Source: Selaginella moellendorffii (lineage: Eukaryota > Plantae > Lycopodiophyta). From it: 64,000 nucleotides of DNA. Below, piece by piece: positions 47,646 through 61,192 of the stretch. The stretch spans positions 2,666,719-2,730,718 of the forward strand of contig NW_003314273.1 in the NCBI RefSeq assembly GCF_000143415.4, in the 5' to 3' direction. The stretch's first letter is position 1; every line of letters starts with the position of its first letter. The position numbers were made by a program, and so were the translations under genes. The notes beneath the pieces are model-generated. The model was given only the letters and a program-made list of their open reading frames with translations, had not been told where the DNA came from and ran no database searches.

Positions 47646-49499
47646 TGGAGCAGTGACTGTGGGACGCAGCACAAGGCAGTCGTGGGAGAGTGGAGAAGGG
47701 AGAAAAAAAGACAAGCTCGAGGATTCAAGCTTAGGAAAGTAAACTTGAGAGGTTCAAGGTTAGGACTATATTCCTAACCTTGACGTGAGCAGTAGCGATT
47801 ATAAAAGTAGGACTTAGAATGTTTTTAGACTTATCCCTAATACAAAATACATTGCAATACATTGTCTTTCTACCTATCTCTTCAGCTCTTCACAGCAATG
47901 TCTTACTTACCCACCGCCTTCAAGGGATCAAAGGCGTGGGACTAGCACCTTCAAGCACATGTTCACAGTCTCTACTTGGCTTGGCACAAGCAGGTAAGTG
48001 CACTCTTTTCGTAGTGTAGTTTTAGTTTTAGGGACTAGATTAGATTTGAAACTCCTAGGAAAATCTCGTGTGGACGTTTTCCTCCCAGTTTAGAGATTCT
48101 AGGAGTTTTCACGATCCTTTTTGCTCATCATGATTATTTCGCTGTCATTATTTAGGCAAAAAATCTGAGCAAACTGGGTGAGTCCAAAGGGATGAACTTG
48201 TTGCATTGAGTACTACTTCTACATAAATTGGATCCCTTGCTCAATTGATATTTCTCCTTCGAGCAGCTCCACATAGGCAAGTAACTTAAAAGCATTAAGC
48301 CAAAACTTGTCATAGACACAAGCTCTCTAAATAGCTTTACTTGACTATAATCTAGCTCATTATCACCAGATGAGATTTCCTCCATATGCTCGTCTTGCTA
48401 GGCATTTTTGTTGTCTGTAGAGACTTTAGGCAAAACACTTGGTGTAAGGCAACTGGGAGATGTAGTGCAATGCCAACAGAGGTTCCCAAAAGAAATTTTG
48501 CATCGATGATGCTTCAAAAGTGGAGTCAATAGCATGTGGCGGTGGTATGAGGACAAAATCACTTTGCCCAATCGAAAGTATGCTCAACCTAGTAGGTGGT
48601 AATGATGGCATTTGCACTTATGTGGCCATAAGTGAAGTTTTAGCTATCATACATTACTTTGGAATTAAGTTTGGAGTGTCAACGCATTTTGGCAAAGGTA
48701 TAGGAGTAGAGTGAAAGGGAAAGAGCAAAAAAAAAAAGAAACTCCCTAGCCATCTTTAAATTACTTAAGTCACCTTGTCTTACTGCATTAGCCTTAAGCT
48801 TTGTCCTCTTACCTTTGTTTACTTTTGTATGCAAATGTATTATGGAAATGTATTTTCTTTGTTAGCCTAGTAATCTCTACTCATTAATCCTCATGGTTTG
48901 TTGGCAGAGTTTATAGAATGGGGCAAGAAAAATATAGATGTTACTTTTAGAGTATCTGTCAAGTATTGTCTAGAGAAAATTTCTATAAGCCATACTAGTA
49001 AGATTTTGAGGGAAAGTCTGCTCCAAAAAAAAAAAAATCTGTGTAATGTATCTCTTGATTGCTTTGCTTGGAACTTCTCCATCAAAGAAAGCACTTAGAT
49101 ATAAGGGTTTCTTTCGCATAAAGATAAATCTTTTCTAAAGGATATATATTTTCCCTCTCTTTTAAATGAAAAAATCCTTATCTAAGCTTATCAGAAAGAC
49201 TACTCCTTCTATCCAATTCCACTAATCTAACTTTATAAAGAGATAGAAAAGTTTGGAAATAAGATCTGAATGATCTTAATATCCTCTCCATCCCTTTGGA
49301 AGCCAATCTTATAGAATTCTAAAATTGAAGAATTAATTTGCCTTTTTATGATTTTACAAATTTTAATGTCATTTTTTAGAATTTTTCTAAACCCCTATCC
49401 TTCATCTAGTTGGCCACCCTATCTATGCACTTAGGTAGCTCATCACAATGAATCCCTGTGAAGGCTTCATCCATGAGCTTATCCATATCACACCCTATA

Positions 49500-50050
49500 T
49501 CCCTACTATACATATACATTTAGAACCCCCTATAGCCCCCCCCCCCCCTTGAGGAACACATGTTCTGGGCTTTCACCCCAAGCCTCCCTTAGTATCAGGA
49601 GTTAGTCTCTATGACAAGCTTGTAACTTACTAAATATAGAATGGTGCTAAATTGCGAATTTGAACACGGGACAAACACCATTGTGTTCAGGCCAATCTTT
49701 ACATTCCGTAGATATGCTAAATGAACAAATCTAGACAATTTCTATAAATAGCATTTAGGACCAAAATGAGACTAACACAAAGGGCATGATAGCGAGGGTG
49801 TTTGGCAGACACGGTAAACTATCATCCAGCAATATTGAGGGACCAATTTCAATATGCAAGGGTTTTTGTTAAGCCAGTGCAAGATAGAGCAAAAGAAAAC
49901 TAAGAGCCAGGCCGAGTATGCTCAACTAGAAACACATAGGAGTTCCTACCTTATGTCCATCTGGCTAAATACAGATGTTAAGCCCAATAAATTAACATTT
50001 GAACAATAGAGGCTGATAAAGGGAACCAGCAATTCTAACTTTCTGCCATC
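49500..50050. mobile_element. Partial LTR related to the 29178/35948 LTR family
   Basis: tacatttagaaccccctatagccc...gggctttcaccccaagcctcccttagtatc...gagactaacacaaagggcatgatagcgagggtgtttggcagacacg matches ~29690-30040. Confidence 0.8.
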
Positions 50051-50199
50051 GACCAATAGGGGGGACGAACCACCGCCTTAGCACTCTCGACTAGCTCGAT
50101 CTTATGTTCTATCGGTCGTGCAACGGGTAACCCCACCGGTAACTCCTCTGGCATGGTATTTTGAAATTGATCCAACACCCGCTAAATTACTAAAGGTAT

Positions 50200-52590
50200 T
50201 TCTTTTGTTCCCACCTTTTTATCACTCTTCATTAAGAGTAAGCACAAAAATGTTGTCTTGGTTTCTTTAGTGAGTTGTCTTCTTATGGACACTAGGTTCA
50301 AGCAGGATTTTTTGGCCTTACTTTGCCTTACCTTTAAATCCTAGACCTCCACCCTAGATCATTCTCCTCAGGCATTCACTAATACCACAAAGTTCCTACC
50401 GTGTTCATGTAGAGTTACCACAAACCAATTAAATCAATCCATCCCGAAGATTATGTTAAATCCTACCATGTCTAACACGATGAAATTTATATATACTTTC
50501 TATGTCCCTACTTCGACTCTTGCTTATCGAAGTACCTCATCGGTGTTTTAGCTACCTTGAACAAACTCTGTAGTCCTTAGTTCACCCAACCACTGCACCA
50601 TTAGTCCTCCTTACTAGACTATGTTTGCAACCACAAAATTATCTGAAGCACCCGTGTCAATAAAGATCTTAATAAAATTACTTTCGAGCTTCCCTTGAAG
50701 GGGTGGTAGATGTCTCGAACGACTCTTTACCAAAGTTGCTCATGTAATAAGTAACTTTGAGTAAGGATTGGATCACATACCTCAATTTGGATTTCACTTG
50801 ACTTCATGGCCATATTGACTCTGGCCTTTTTTGGGTAGGGACATTCCCTCGAAAAGTGTTTTGCTTCACCGCTGTTGAAGCATATATTGTTTCTCACACT
50901 ACTAGCAAACTTGATTTTTTTATCCGTGGGTTTATCCCTTTTTGCTTAACTCCCCCATGTACTTGCTTGTTAGCCATTAAATCTGCCTTTTCGAACCCTG
51001 AGGCTCATTCTTAAAGAAACTCTTCTTGAATTTCCTTTTGCCATATATCCCCTTTGGTTTGGCCCCTTTGCTAAATATGGACCTTGACCCCATTGTGTTT
51101 CTCTTTTGCAGATTATCATTGAAATGCACTTTGATACCTACATTCAATGCTTCTTTGTAATTGGTTGGGTTCTAATGCATCACTTCACCTCGAGCCCAAG
51201 TCTACAAACTTGATATGAAGGCATGGAATGCATCCATGTTGCCCATATCTATGACAAGGATCCTCTTCGCCATAAATGCATTCACATACTCTTGAATGGT
51301 TCTTGCCTACTTTAGTCTGCTCAACTCATCCCTTAAGTGTAAAGTAGCATTCGGAAGAATGTAGGTTGTGTAAATCCTCATCTCATCATTTCCCAAGTGG
51401 TCACTAGTCCTTCGTTGGCCTTTGTTGTTCTCCACCAAGACTTAGCATTATCTGCCAAGTATGGTTTTGCACATGGGACTTTCTCTGAGCTCAATAACCA
51501 TAACACTTAGAAGTAATCCTCTATATCATAAAACCAATCCTCCACCACCTTATAGTCATTTACTCCTTCAAAGATCGGTTGGGGCTTTTTTTTGTACTTG
51601 GGAACTGCTTAGGGGACTGATTCCACTTTGGTTTGTTTGATCTTGTTCAGTTCTACTTCAACCCCCACCAAAGGGTCCATACCTTCTACGCTGCCAACCT
51701 CTACATTCTTTTGTTTTTTCTTTCGCTTCTTATCACACTTTAGCTTGCATACAAGGGTCTCTAGTAGGGTATTAATCTATGCCAATTGTCCTTTTAAAAT
51801 GTTTAATCAAGCCTTGGACAACCGAACCTCTTCACCGGACTCTTATTTAGAAGATTCCTCACTAAAGTCCTCCTCGTGCAAGGATTCTTCATCCATAGCT
51901 TTTTGTTCGATTAGAGGCTCTAGCTCTAAAGGAGGTTCTATCTCCACCTTGGTTCTCTTATGCCCTACCTTAGCCATCTCCAGCAATCCACCTTTATGCT
52001 TTGTTAAAATTAAGGAAAAGGCTCTGATACCAAATTGTAAGTTATAAATTTTTCTTTTCCAATTTGCTAACTTACCTCATCTATCCGATTACCATCAATT
52101 AAGTTCCCTCACTAAGGTTTCCACTTATTGTACCAACTCTTACTTGGTCCTACTTGGTCTTACTTGGTTTCAATCATTCACTACACGAAGAATGGAGTGT
52201 TAACCATCCATCCACGGATTCCCAAATTCTCTCTTAATCCCCCTCCCTAGGTTAAATTGGACTTAAGGTTTGGCTATACTCCCCGTAAGCATAAACAGCT
52301 AAGCACACCCAGCTATAAGCTTCTGAATTTGGACTTCCCAAGAGGTCACCTAACTCAGTATTATTCAAACCCAAGGATGTTTAACCCCAAAATCCCAAAA
52401 CCATTAACCGATTGGAAAAGGGGGTGCACTTTTGTTCATAGGCCCTTTCTCTTTATATTTGAACCCCTATAGATTATCTCTTGAGTCGTTCCCTTTAGTT
52501 ACTTACACCAGCCTCTAGATCCTAACACCCCTTGGTATAACAACACTTGATCATGGGACCCTCTAAATCCCAAACTTTGGGTGCAACATT
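50200..52590 (-). mobile_element. Truncated Gypsy relic: LTR (~52036-52589), Met PBS, gag, Zn knuckle and protease
   Basis: Reversed PBS gctctgatacca at 52021. Minus-strand fragments PQPIFEGVNDYKVVEDWFYDIEDYF, ICFNSGEAKHFSRECP and KIFIDTGASDNFV. Confidence 0.8.
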
Positions 52591-53099
52591 TGCTTTGGGA
52601 CATTGGGGGGAAACACCGTGGCCTAACAGCCTAATATAAGTACCCCTACTCCCCCACTTCCATCCTGAAGGATAGGCCCAAGCCCTTAGGAAGGGCAAGG
52701 ACTAATGAGCCTCAAGATACTCAAATGGGGCATCACTCCACATGAGCCAAGAGCACTGCAGTTAGTTTCCCTTTCAAGAATGGGAGCTACTCTTGAGCAC
52801 TTCCTTGGTTGGCCTTTCTAGCACCACCCGAGTCCATGCTCACTCCCACCCAAGGCCTTGGACTCTCAGACCCGATCTCGGACTTTGTCTCGGACTCGAT
52901 CTCAGACTCGATCTCGAACTCGGTTTCTTTCAAGGACCCTTCAGCTTATAACACCTCAGGGAGTTGGTTCCTTATAACTAGTTACTACCGACATTTCCAG
53001 CATAAGTTTGTGGAGGTGGCTATTCCTTTGACACGACTGTTATGTAAGAACATGGCATTCAAGTGGAAGAAGCCATAAGAGGAGAGTTTTGTGGCACTG

Positions 53100-55662
53100 A
53101 AATAAACTTTGAAGGAAAGCGCCATTTGCAAGGATATCAGAAAATTCAACTCTGATCTCAAACAAGCTTGGCAACAAGGCAAATTAGAGGGCAAGGAGAC
53201 GGTTCTTCACATGATGCAGGATTTGCTGCAGGGAATAACTAAGAAAAAACAAGGAATGAGGTATTTTTTTATTTATTCAAAGTTTTTTCCTTACACTCTT
53301 AATAGGTACCATGTTTGTCAACAACAAAGCGTGACATGAGAACAAACTTTAGATACACAACAAGTTTGCAATCTGAGATATTTTTGAACCTTTCTAAGGT
53401 TTACAAGTTCAAGATGGAGAGTTTACAGCTCAAGCTAGGGAGTGTGCCTGTTTTGATTGTAGAAGACGAAACAGTTATTAAAAGGATGATCAAATGGATT
53501 GCTCGTGATGATGCTTTGCTCAGGTTTTGTGGAAAGAAGGGCAAGGGTCACAAGTGTGTGAATGGTTTTGTTGTGAAGGTTGGGAATGGAGAAGCAGGTT
53601 ATGAACAGATCACCTAGGCTTTTCTGGACAACGAGAAAGCTCACTATACACTAGTGTTGATGGTTAATCCATTGCACAGACAGTTGTTGTGCTTGGTTCT
53701 CTCTATTCATCTTATTTGCAATCGGTTTACAGCTTCAGATGTTCGACAACAATGGAACTCGATCCATCAAATATGGGGACAGCACCTTCACAATGTTGTT
53801 GGCCCCCTGATTGGCCATTCATTAGATGGAGATCAGAGAAGGTGTAAACTAATGCTTGAAGACATGAGTCTGGGGGATACAACAATAGGAACTTACTCTG
53901 TACCTTGGTCAGGGTGGCTATTCTCTGGAAGGTGGAACTCAATAGGAAACCTTTTGATACATGATCAAGACTATGTGCATAATGGGAAGAAGCTGATCAA
54001 TCCATTGCATAGTGCAATAAAACAACTGTTTCTGAGGGATGAGTTTGTGCATTTGAATGACATTTGGGAAGTTTTCGAAAACTTTCATGGTAAACACGGA
54101 CTGCAACTCGGGGATGTTGTGCACTCTGATAGACAAAATTGGGGTGCTGCTTAGCGACTTTGTAGCAGGCCAGTGCAAGTTTGTCTTTAGATTATGCGAG
54201 AAACAACATACAGAAAACCTTCACGTATGCTGGGAACCGAAACTTATTTTGCTGTGGTGGCATCATATATTGATATCTTTTTGCACTTGTACTTGAGCCT
54301 TGGAGAGTGAGTGAGAGTTACATCAATGGTGTCCTTCTTCTTTCATTTATGGAGGTTGTGGATTCTGAAGGAAAGAAAGTGGAACCTAAAACACAACTTC
54401 ATCAGCAAGGAAACCTTCTTGGACATTCAATTATCATGTCACTTTGTCGTCCTTCTAATCAGGTATGTTTCATATATATTTTTCTTTTGTTAATTTTGCT
54501 TTTGAGATAGATATTTCCAGGATCACCATTCACATTTGCCAGTGCCAATTAATAGAACCGGTTTTGACATTTGTGAGAACTTTTTCTCCAAAATAGGAGG
54601 AATGATTGGGAATGAATAGTGTTATGATGGAGTTGATGTTGTTCATAGTGCGACTAGTATGAACATGCTAGCAGAATGCGAGGCAGCAGGTATATTGTTT
54701 TTCTCTAAAACTCATAGGAAATAGGAAAATATTTGGGAAAAGATAGAGCATGAAGGGAAGAGAGTAGTAGCAGACTTAGGGGATTACAGTTCGGTGGAGA
54801 CAGATGCTTTGATAGTTAATGAGTTGATTCAGGGTAAAGCCAAAGCACAAGAACTTCTTCATGGCCTTGGATATCTGGAAAAGATTGGTGGGATAAACTT
54901 GAAGATTTTGAGGATTTTCACAAGGTTTCAGAAAATTCCAGAGAGCATGATATAGTCAATCAGTTTGAAGAGGAACATATAGTAGGAGAAGAAGCTACTG
55001 AAGAAGCTACTGAAGCAGCAAGTGAACTGAGGCATACTTTTGATGCTGTTCTGGATCATATTGAAGATTCTGAGTCATTAAAAGTGGAAGCAACAATTTT
55101 GGTTGACAGGAAGAAAATCTGCAAGTCAACCATCGTTTCTCAGCTAAATTGAAATCCATTTTTCTCCAAAGACTGGTTCACACGGGTTAAGAATAACTTG
55201 ACAGTTTATGAACCAGGAAGAAATCTCAATGCACAAACAGCTCTTCCCGTTGGGAGTGATTGTGTATTGTGGTTCGAAGAACAGGAAGGAAGTCATTTGA
55301 AGTTTGTTTAGTATGTTGGTCGAATTCTTTCCATGAGGATAAAAGTGAACAATACCTAGAGGGACACAAGGGAAGTGATTAAATTAACCAATCTTTTAGT
55401 TGATTCTACTGATTTTCAAATTAACCTATGCTACTATAGGGAATGTGATGCTCCTGAAGCTGATGACGAAGGGAATTCATGGTATACATACAACCTTCCT
55501 GATAATATGCTAGTGGAACTGACAAATTTGATTGCTTTGGCATCATTATCATATCATCTAGAAGTTGAGAGATATTCGCTTCTACAACATGATAGGGAAG
55601 TTTTTGATAATTTCATCAAAGATAAAAGCAGGAATATCAATTGTCGTAGAAGGGTGAAATAA
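53100..55662 (+). pseudogene. Decayed P-element/THAP9-like DDE transposase
   Basis: VEDETVIKRMIKWIARDDALLRFCG; GHSLDGDQRR; QDYVHNGKKLINPL; HGLQLGDVVHSDRQNWGAA; TGFDICENFFSKIGG (~54560). Many stops; probable intron near 54463-54520. Confidence 0.65.
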
Positions 55663-56107
55663 TTTTTTTTATTAATGGAAATATATATATATATATGCTT
55701 TATGCAAAAATAACCAGAATATTCCATGTATATATAAGAATTGAGGGTTTATTTAAGATTTGAAAAAATGCGTATATGTAAAGGTATGGGGCAAATTATG
55801 AACAACAGAAAAAGTATACTAGGGCCCGTATTCTAAACTTCCAGAATGCAGATGATATATAATGCTTATAAAGAGTGAGCTTCCAGGATGCTTGACACCA
55901 AACCACGTCTTGCTCTGGATTGTTCAAGAAGCCCACGAGTGCACTCGGCTGGTGGATGAAAAGATGCAGAAACCTCTCTTGGGGCTCCATTGCAACGTTT
56001 CTGAGGTACTATGAAAGAGCAGATGATTTATCAACCAGTTTGGTTTAAGAACTCAGAGTAGTTCAACAAGAATAACTTTTTAAAACTTCTAATGCCACAA
56101 ACATGCA

Positions 56108-57927
56108 TCACATTTTACTGAGTACAAGCGGCACTCCATGCATAGGCTTCAAGCCAAACTTCGTCACAGGATTATGGCGGTAGTTCGGTGAAAGCCGGAA
56201 CAAGAATCGCTGTAGTATCATAGCCAGAATGACTTTGGCTTCGATCATCGCAAACGCCTGGCCCACACACACCCGCGGCCCAAACGAAAACGGCATGAAA
56301 GCATTGGGATGCTTGCACGCACTTGAGATCCCATCTTTGAAGCGATCCGGATTGAATTGGCCTGCATCTTCTCCCCAGAGCTCCTTATCCTGATGCAATC
56401 CAATGATTGGAAACGACACAGATACTCCTTTTGGAACGTGTAAATCTTGCAGCCAAGACTCCTCCACACACTCCCTGGTCATCTCGATGGCTGGTGGATA
56501 CAGACGCAGAGTTTCGTAAAGGATCATTCCCACCTGTTCAAGAATCAAGAAGTTAAGTTTTGGAATTAGGAGATATTGATCGACTTACGAGCTTGAGCCT
56601 GCTGACACTCTCGCCATCAGGAATCTCATTGCCACATACTTCGTGTACCTCAGCACGGGCTCGTTCTTGCCATTCAGGATAGCCTCCCAGTAGCATCAAA
56701 GTCCAGGTTAGTAAGGTGGCTGTGGTCTCATGCCCCGCAATGTAGAATGTCTTGCATTCCTCTATCAGATCCCTGCTTGTGAAATTACTGCTGCTGTCAC
56801 ACTCCTTTAGCATCAGTCCGAGTAAGTCATTCCCGTATGTATTGCTCCCCCCTGACTTCACTGAGTTCCGACGCTCGTCTATGATCCCAGTGATCACAGA
56901 ATCCAACTCCTGATGAAGCTTCCACAGTTGGAGGTTGATTGGAAGTGGGAGAAACCTGTAAGCAAGTGAATATGATTCAGTTCAATAGATGATCCAGCAT
57001 ACCTGAAGCCTGGAATCCACGAAAAGCTGACGAGTTTGGGCAGTAGCTCTGGGATTTTCTTAGACAATATCTCGAAAACTCTCTGGCCTNNNNNNNNNNN
57101 NNNNNNNNNNNNNNNNNNNNNNNNNNNNNNNNNNNNNNNNNNNNNNNNNNNNNNNNNNNNNNNNNNNNNNNNNNNNNNNNNNNNNNNNNTGTGAGCTTAC
57201 GCACCTCTCCAGAGATTTCAATCTCGGGATTCTGCTGCATCGTAGCTTCACATTGATCAAGCATGCGAGATGCACACCCCGCGATTGGTACCGGTCATTT
57301 TCTGTGTACAGGAGAATCAGAAACACCTATCAGCGAGACATCATGAGAAGATAACAGTATGAATACCCACTTTAATACGTTCATGAAAGAATGCCGGTGC
57401 TACGAGTCGGCGGTGATGACTCCATTCCTCTCCAGTAACAGAAGCCAATCCACGACCAAGGAACAAGTTCGTGAACCGCAGCCGGGCCTCCGATTTATCA
57501 AAATGAGAAAACTTCTTAGACAAAACCTCCCTTACGATCTCAGGCTCCGAGACCGATATCCTTGGTTCAGTTCCCCACCAGAACACAAATCTCTTCCCTG
57601 GACCATGATCATCAGAAACGAAGCTTTGAGATTCATCAGGGATGACAAGAACATACCATATTGCTTCCGCCATTTGAGCAACGCAGGATGTACCCGATGG
57701 AAGATGTCGTGGCTGAAACTTTCCATGTCGTGATCCTTGATGGCGCTCCTCATGTTCTGGATTTCAGCTATTTGACCTACCATGAATCGGGGTGAAGGCC
57801 CCTGAATGCCCTCCTTCTTCAGCTGCGCCGCGATCGCCCTGGGGCGCCACCAGTAGACCGTCACGAATCGCCATAGTGCTGCAGTGAAGAGGACGATGCA
57901 AATGCTCAAGATCCATCTCCCTTCCAT
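56108..57927 (-). pseudogene. Cytochrome P450, CYP72 clan, copy 3; 100-N gap in exon 3 and a 1-nt insertion at ~57287
   Basis: Close paralog of copies 1 and 2. Span 1820 = 1763 - 44 (bases replaced by the gap) + 100 N + 1. Reads ggtaCcaatc versus ggtacaatc in copy 1. May be intact if the insertion is a contig-end error. Confidence 0.8.
57090..57189. other. Assembly gap (100 N)
   Basis: Run of N. Confidence 1.
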
Positions 57928-59999
57928 ATGCTGGACTAAGAGTAAAATATGTGGGAGACATGCCAGGGCGAGTGCATTTAAACGAAGCAGATGGAGTGTT
58001 GTACACGTAAAGATCTATCCCTACGAAGCTACTTGGAACTGTCTGTTCACTCTTCCAGGATATACATCAAATTCAAACTAGAGTTTTAAATAGTTTATAA
58101 ATATTGATATGGATATGCTTTATTTTGCCATTGGATTGAAAAAGCATATTTTAAATAATTCTAAATCCAAGCCATCAATCAGCATTATGGAATAGATTAG
58201 CAATTGCCTATCAAATGCTGGGTGGCTGGTGCCATTTCAAGAGGTTTGCTGAGGTTATCTATGTTTGTTTGATCAACACTAATCTAGCAAATAACAAAAC
58301 CTAGACACAAGACTGGCACACCTTTTCCAGGCTGTGGTGAGCATTGAAAAAGCCTCCCATGCTTTGCATTGTGTCTTGACTACCACCAGCACTGCAGAAG
58401 CACAAATGAGCCCGGTTTATCAATCAACAATCTGAGCCGATCGTGTTTGTCTACTGGAACACTCTGAATGCAGAGAATGGGCAGGAAGATCTAGCTCTCT
58501 GAGTTTCTGAATAGGGCAAAGGATGAAGGAAGGTGGTTGTGTAACAGACGATGCAAGCTACTTCAAGGGCCTGGCCGTTGGAGAAGAAGGCAAAGAGCTC
58601 AATGGGAAGCTTGTCAAAGTTTTGGAGAATACAATGACGCTTGGGCTGTGAGAGGTGGATGGGGTTTGCAAGCTATGGCTTCGAGAACTCACATTGGGCT
58701 TGTTCTCTCATGTAGAAGAATAGGGACTACAAACTCTTGATGGTTCTAGCCACGTTGAAGGCTAGCTCTGGCTCTAGCTCTGCCGCTCGATGGCGTCCAC
58801 AAACCCAAATGGACACATCTCAAATGTCTACAGCACACAAAAGGCCAGATTGCTGTGGTTCAAGGCCAAATTAGTGGCCGCTGTTATTGATTGTATGGCC
58901 AGCCCATTAAGACACTTGCGATCTAGCTACTGACACCTACAACCGGCACAAAGTTTCTTCTTCTTGATTGTCACACTAAAACTACAAGAAAAAATGCTCA
59001 ATGTCAACACCTAACTTACTTTCTTGGTCTATATCCTAGAAGCTCTGAATTAATTCTAGTGTTAGTCAACCAGAAGTAAAAGCATCAGGCTGTGATGTAG
59101 CAGCCATAGAAGTGTCGATTCCAAATGACTGTGGGCAATCCTAAACTTTATGTGGCATGAGCCCAGCGACAATTCTCGGCATGATCATCCTTCATCACCA
59201 CTCAATGATGCTAAGAGTACATGTTATTGGGAATGGATCCAAGGCAGTGGGCAGATTTCTCTTGTCCTGGGTGCAATGTGATTCCTGGACCAACATGTGT
59301 CTTCTCTAATCCATGGCTTTCACCCATAACACCCAATGAGCTTCTTCTCTTCCAGCCAACATGCCCATTATTGATTGGCCATCCAACCATCAATGTGATT
59401 TTTCCCACAACCATGGCTACCGACCCTGGCCCAGGCCTAGGATCCAATGGCTTTAGCTAGTAAGAGTTGCTAGATAGGATTGTAAGGACAATGACAATGG
59501 ACTTATCCCTGGTCAGCCAAACCCTCTTGAAGAAAACCATTAAACAAGATAAGATGCATGCAAAAGGAAATGGATAAGACTGTAGATATAGGATCTGCTA
59601 CTGTGTGAGATCATTTGGGCTGGAGAGATGTTGACTTCTGCCAGGGTATCCAGGGGGAGAGGTCCTTCGTCTCCCCACCATTTGTATACTAGCACAGGCA
59701 CACACATTTGCACTAAGTTAGAGAATCTAGTGTCAATCCAGTATGCAAGGAAGTAGATCATTCTTCAATGGTCTAAGCAATCATGCTTAGCACATACCAT
59801 GAAGATCCCCATGCTTGAGTGGTGCAAGCTCCTAGGCCTCCATCTCTAGCATTGGGCATTACTGGTCCATTGCTATCCATTGGACCATAGGGAAAGTTAA
59901 AAAATAAAAAATGTTTATTGTAGTTTGTTTTTTATGTTTTAAGGTGTAGTAAAAGAGGAGTTAGTTGATATAAAGCTTCTTTGTATACAATATTGATGT

Positions 60000-60900
60000 G
60001 TAAGCAATTAAATTTTCCATTCTACTTTAGTCACTTAACTACACATTCGACCACTTCGAGGAGTCTCACTCATAACCTCTATAAGTTTTATTCTGGACTT
60101 AAGGCTTGCTAACCCCAAGAATGGCATCCATGCCACTCAACCTTTGCACTTGGTCCAAATGCTCCACGTGTCCAATTCCATAACCGACACCCAAAGGTAC
60201 CACCGACATATCAGCCCGTTATGCTAAGGCCATGCCCATTCACATTTGTTACACCAATGATCCAACACCACTTACATCACAATTCCATCTCTCAAAGATT
60301 AGCCATCCATCCATGAGTGATCATCCTAAACATTCTTTAGCATCTTTAGAATGCTCGTAAATATGGGGAATAGCTTTCCCCAATATCTCTTTTTCAGTCC
60401 CTACCAAGTTCTTTTCTGTCCATGGTTGCATTTATCAATACTGCCACTGGGTCAAGATCCATAGGCCTGACCACTATATTCAACTGTCTTCTAGGACTTC
60501 CTCACCATGTGACTGTATCCTTGGTCACTACACCAAAGGACTGTTCTTCTTCCTTTCCATAATCCAGAACTTTCGAACAACATTTTGGAACACTATAGCT
60601 CTATGCAAGCCTCATAGGTACTCTCTCCACCTTCTGCCTTTGAATGCTCTAGCCATGGGGCTAGAGCGAGGTTTTGTTAAGCCACACTAGGTATCTAAGT
60701 AGGTAGTGCCACCCACATTTGGACTGGGAGCATCGACCATTTGAGGGGGGGTTAGAGCTGGCTCTTGAACACTTCACCAAGCTACTCTACTTATTTATCC
60801 ATATTCACTCTAGTTTTGGATTCCTTAGTGGACATATTATCACCCAACACATGGGCATAACTTTCTTAAGTCACACTAACCTTTCCTAGCCAAATTGGCT
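60000..60900 (-). mobile_element. Decayed LTR-retrotransposon relic, probably Gypsy integrase 3' region
   Basis: Weak minus-strand integrase C-terminal-like fragments (~60440-60600) and a C/T-skewed composition. No open frame. Confidence 0.35.
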
Positions 60901-60949
60901 CCACTAAGGCCCAACCCCCTCGCACCCCCACACACACACACATTGTATT

Positions 60950-61192
60950 TAGACTCAAACTCAGACTCAGACTCGGTCTCAATCTCGATCTCGGACTCAG
61001 ACTCGGTTTCAGTCTTGGTCTTAGTTTTGGTCTTGATTCCATCTCGGGTTCTATCTCGAACTCCATCTCGGGTCCATCTCAGGTCCATCTCAGACTCCAT
61101 TTCGGGTCCATCTTGGACTCCATCTCGGGTCCATCTCAAACTTCATCTCGACTCCATCTCGAATCCATCTCAGACTCCATCTCGGACTCATT
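60950..61192. repeat. 6-/12-bp tandem repeat (gactca; ccatctcggact-like)
   Basis: Read directly. A related array lies at ~52865-52925. Confidence 0.85.

Larger units (their letters stand above)
37365..48111 (+). mobile_element. Full-length Ty3/Gypsy element (non-chromovirus type) with 421-bp LTRs (37365-37785, 47691-48111)
   Basis: TSD CGATC (37360-37364, 48112-48116) and PBS tggcgaccatgg at 37787. Domain order gag-PR-RT-RH-INT. The LTRs differ at about 16 positions by eye, all transitions. Confidence 0.95.

Noticed and set aside
58200-59900. Possible gene or DIRS/LINE relic upstream of P450 copy 3
   Set aside because: Coding-like composition, but I could not recognise any motif; left unassigned.
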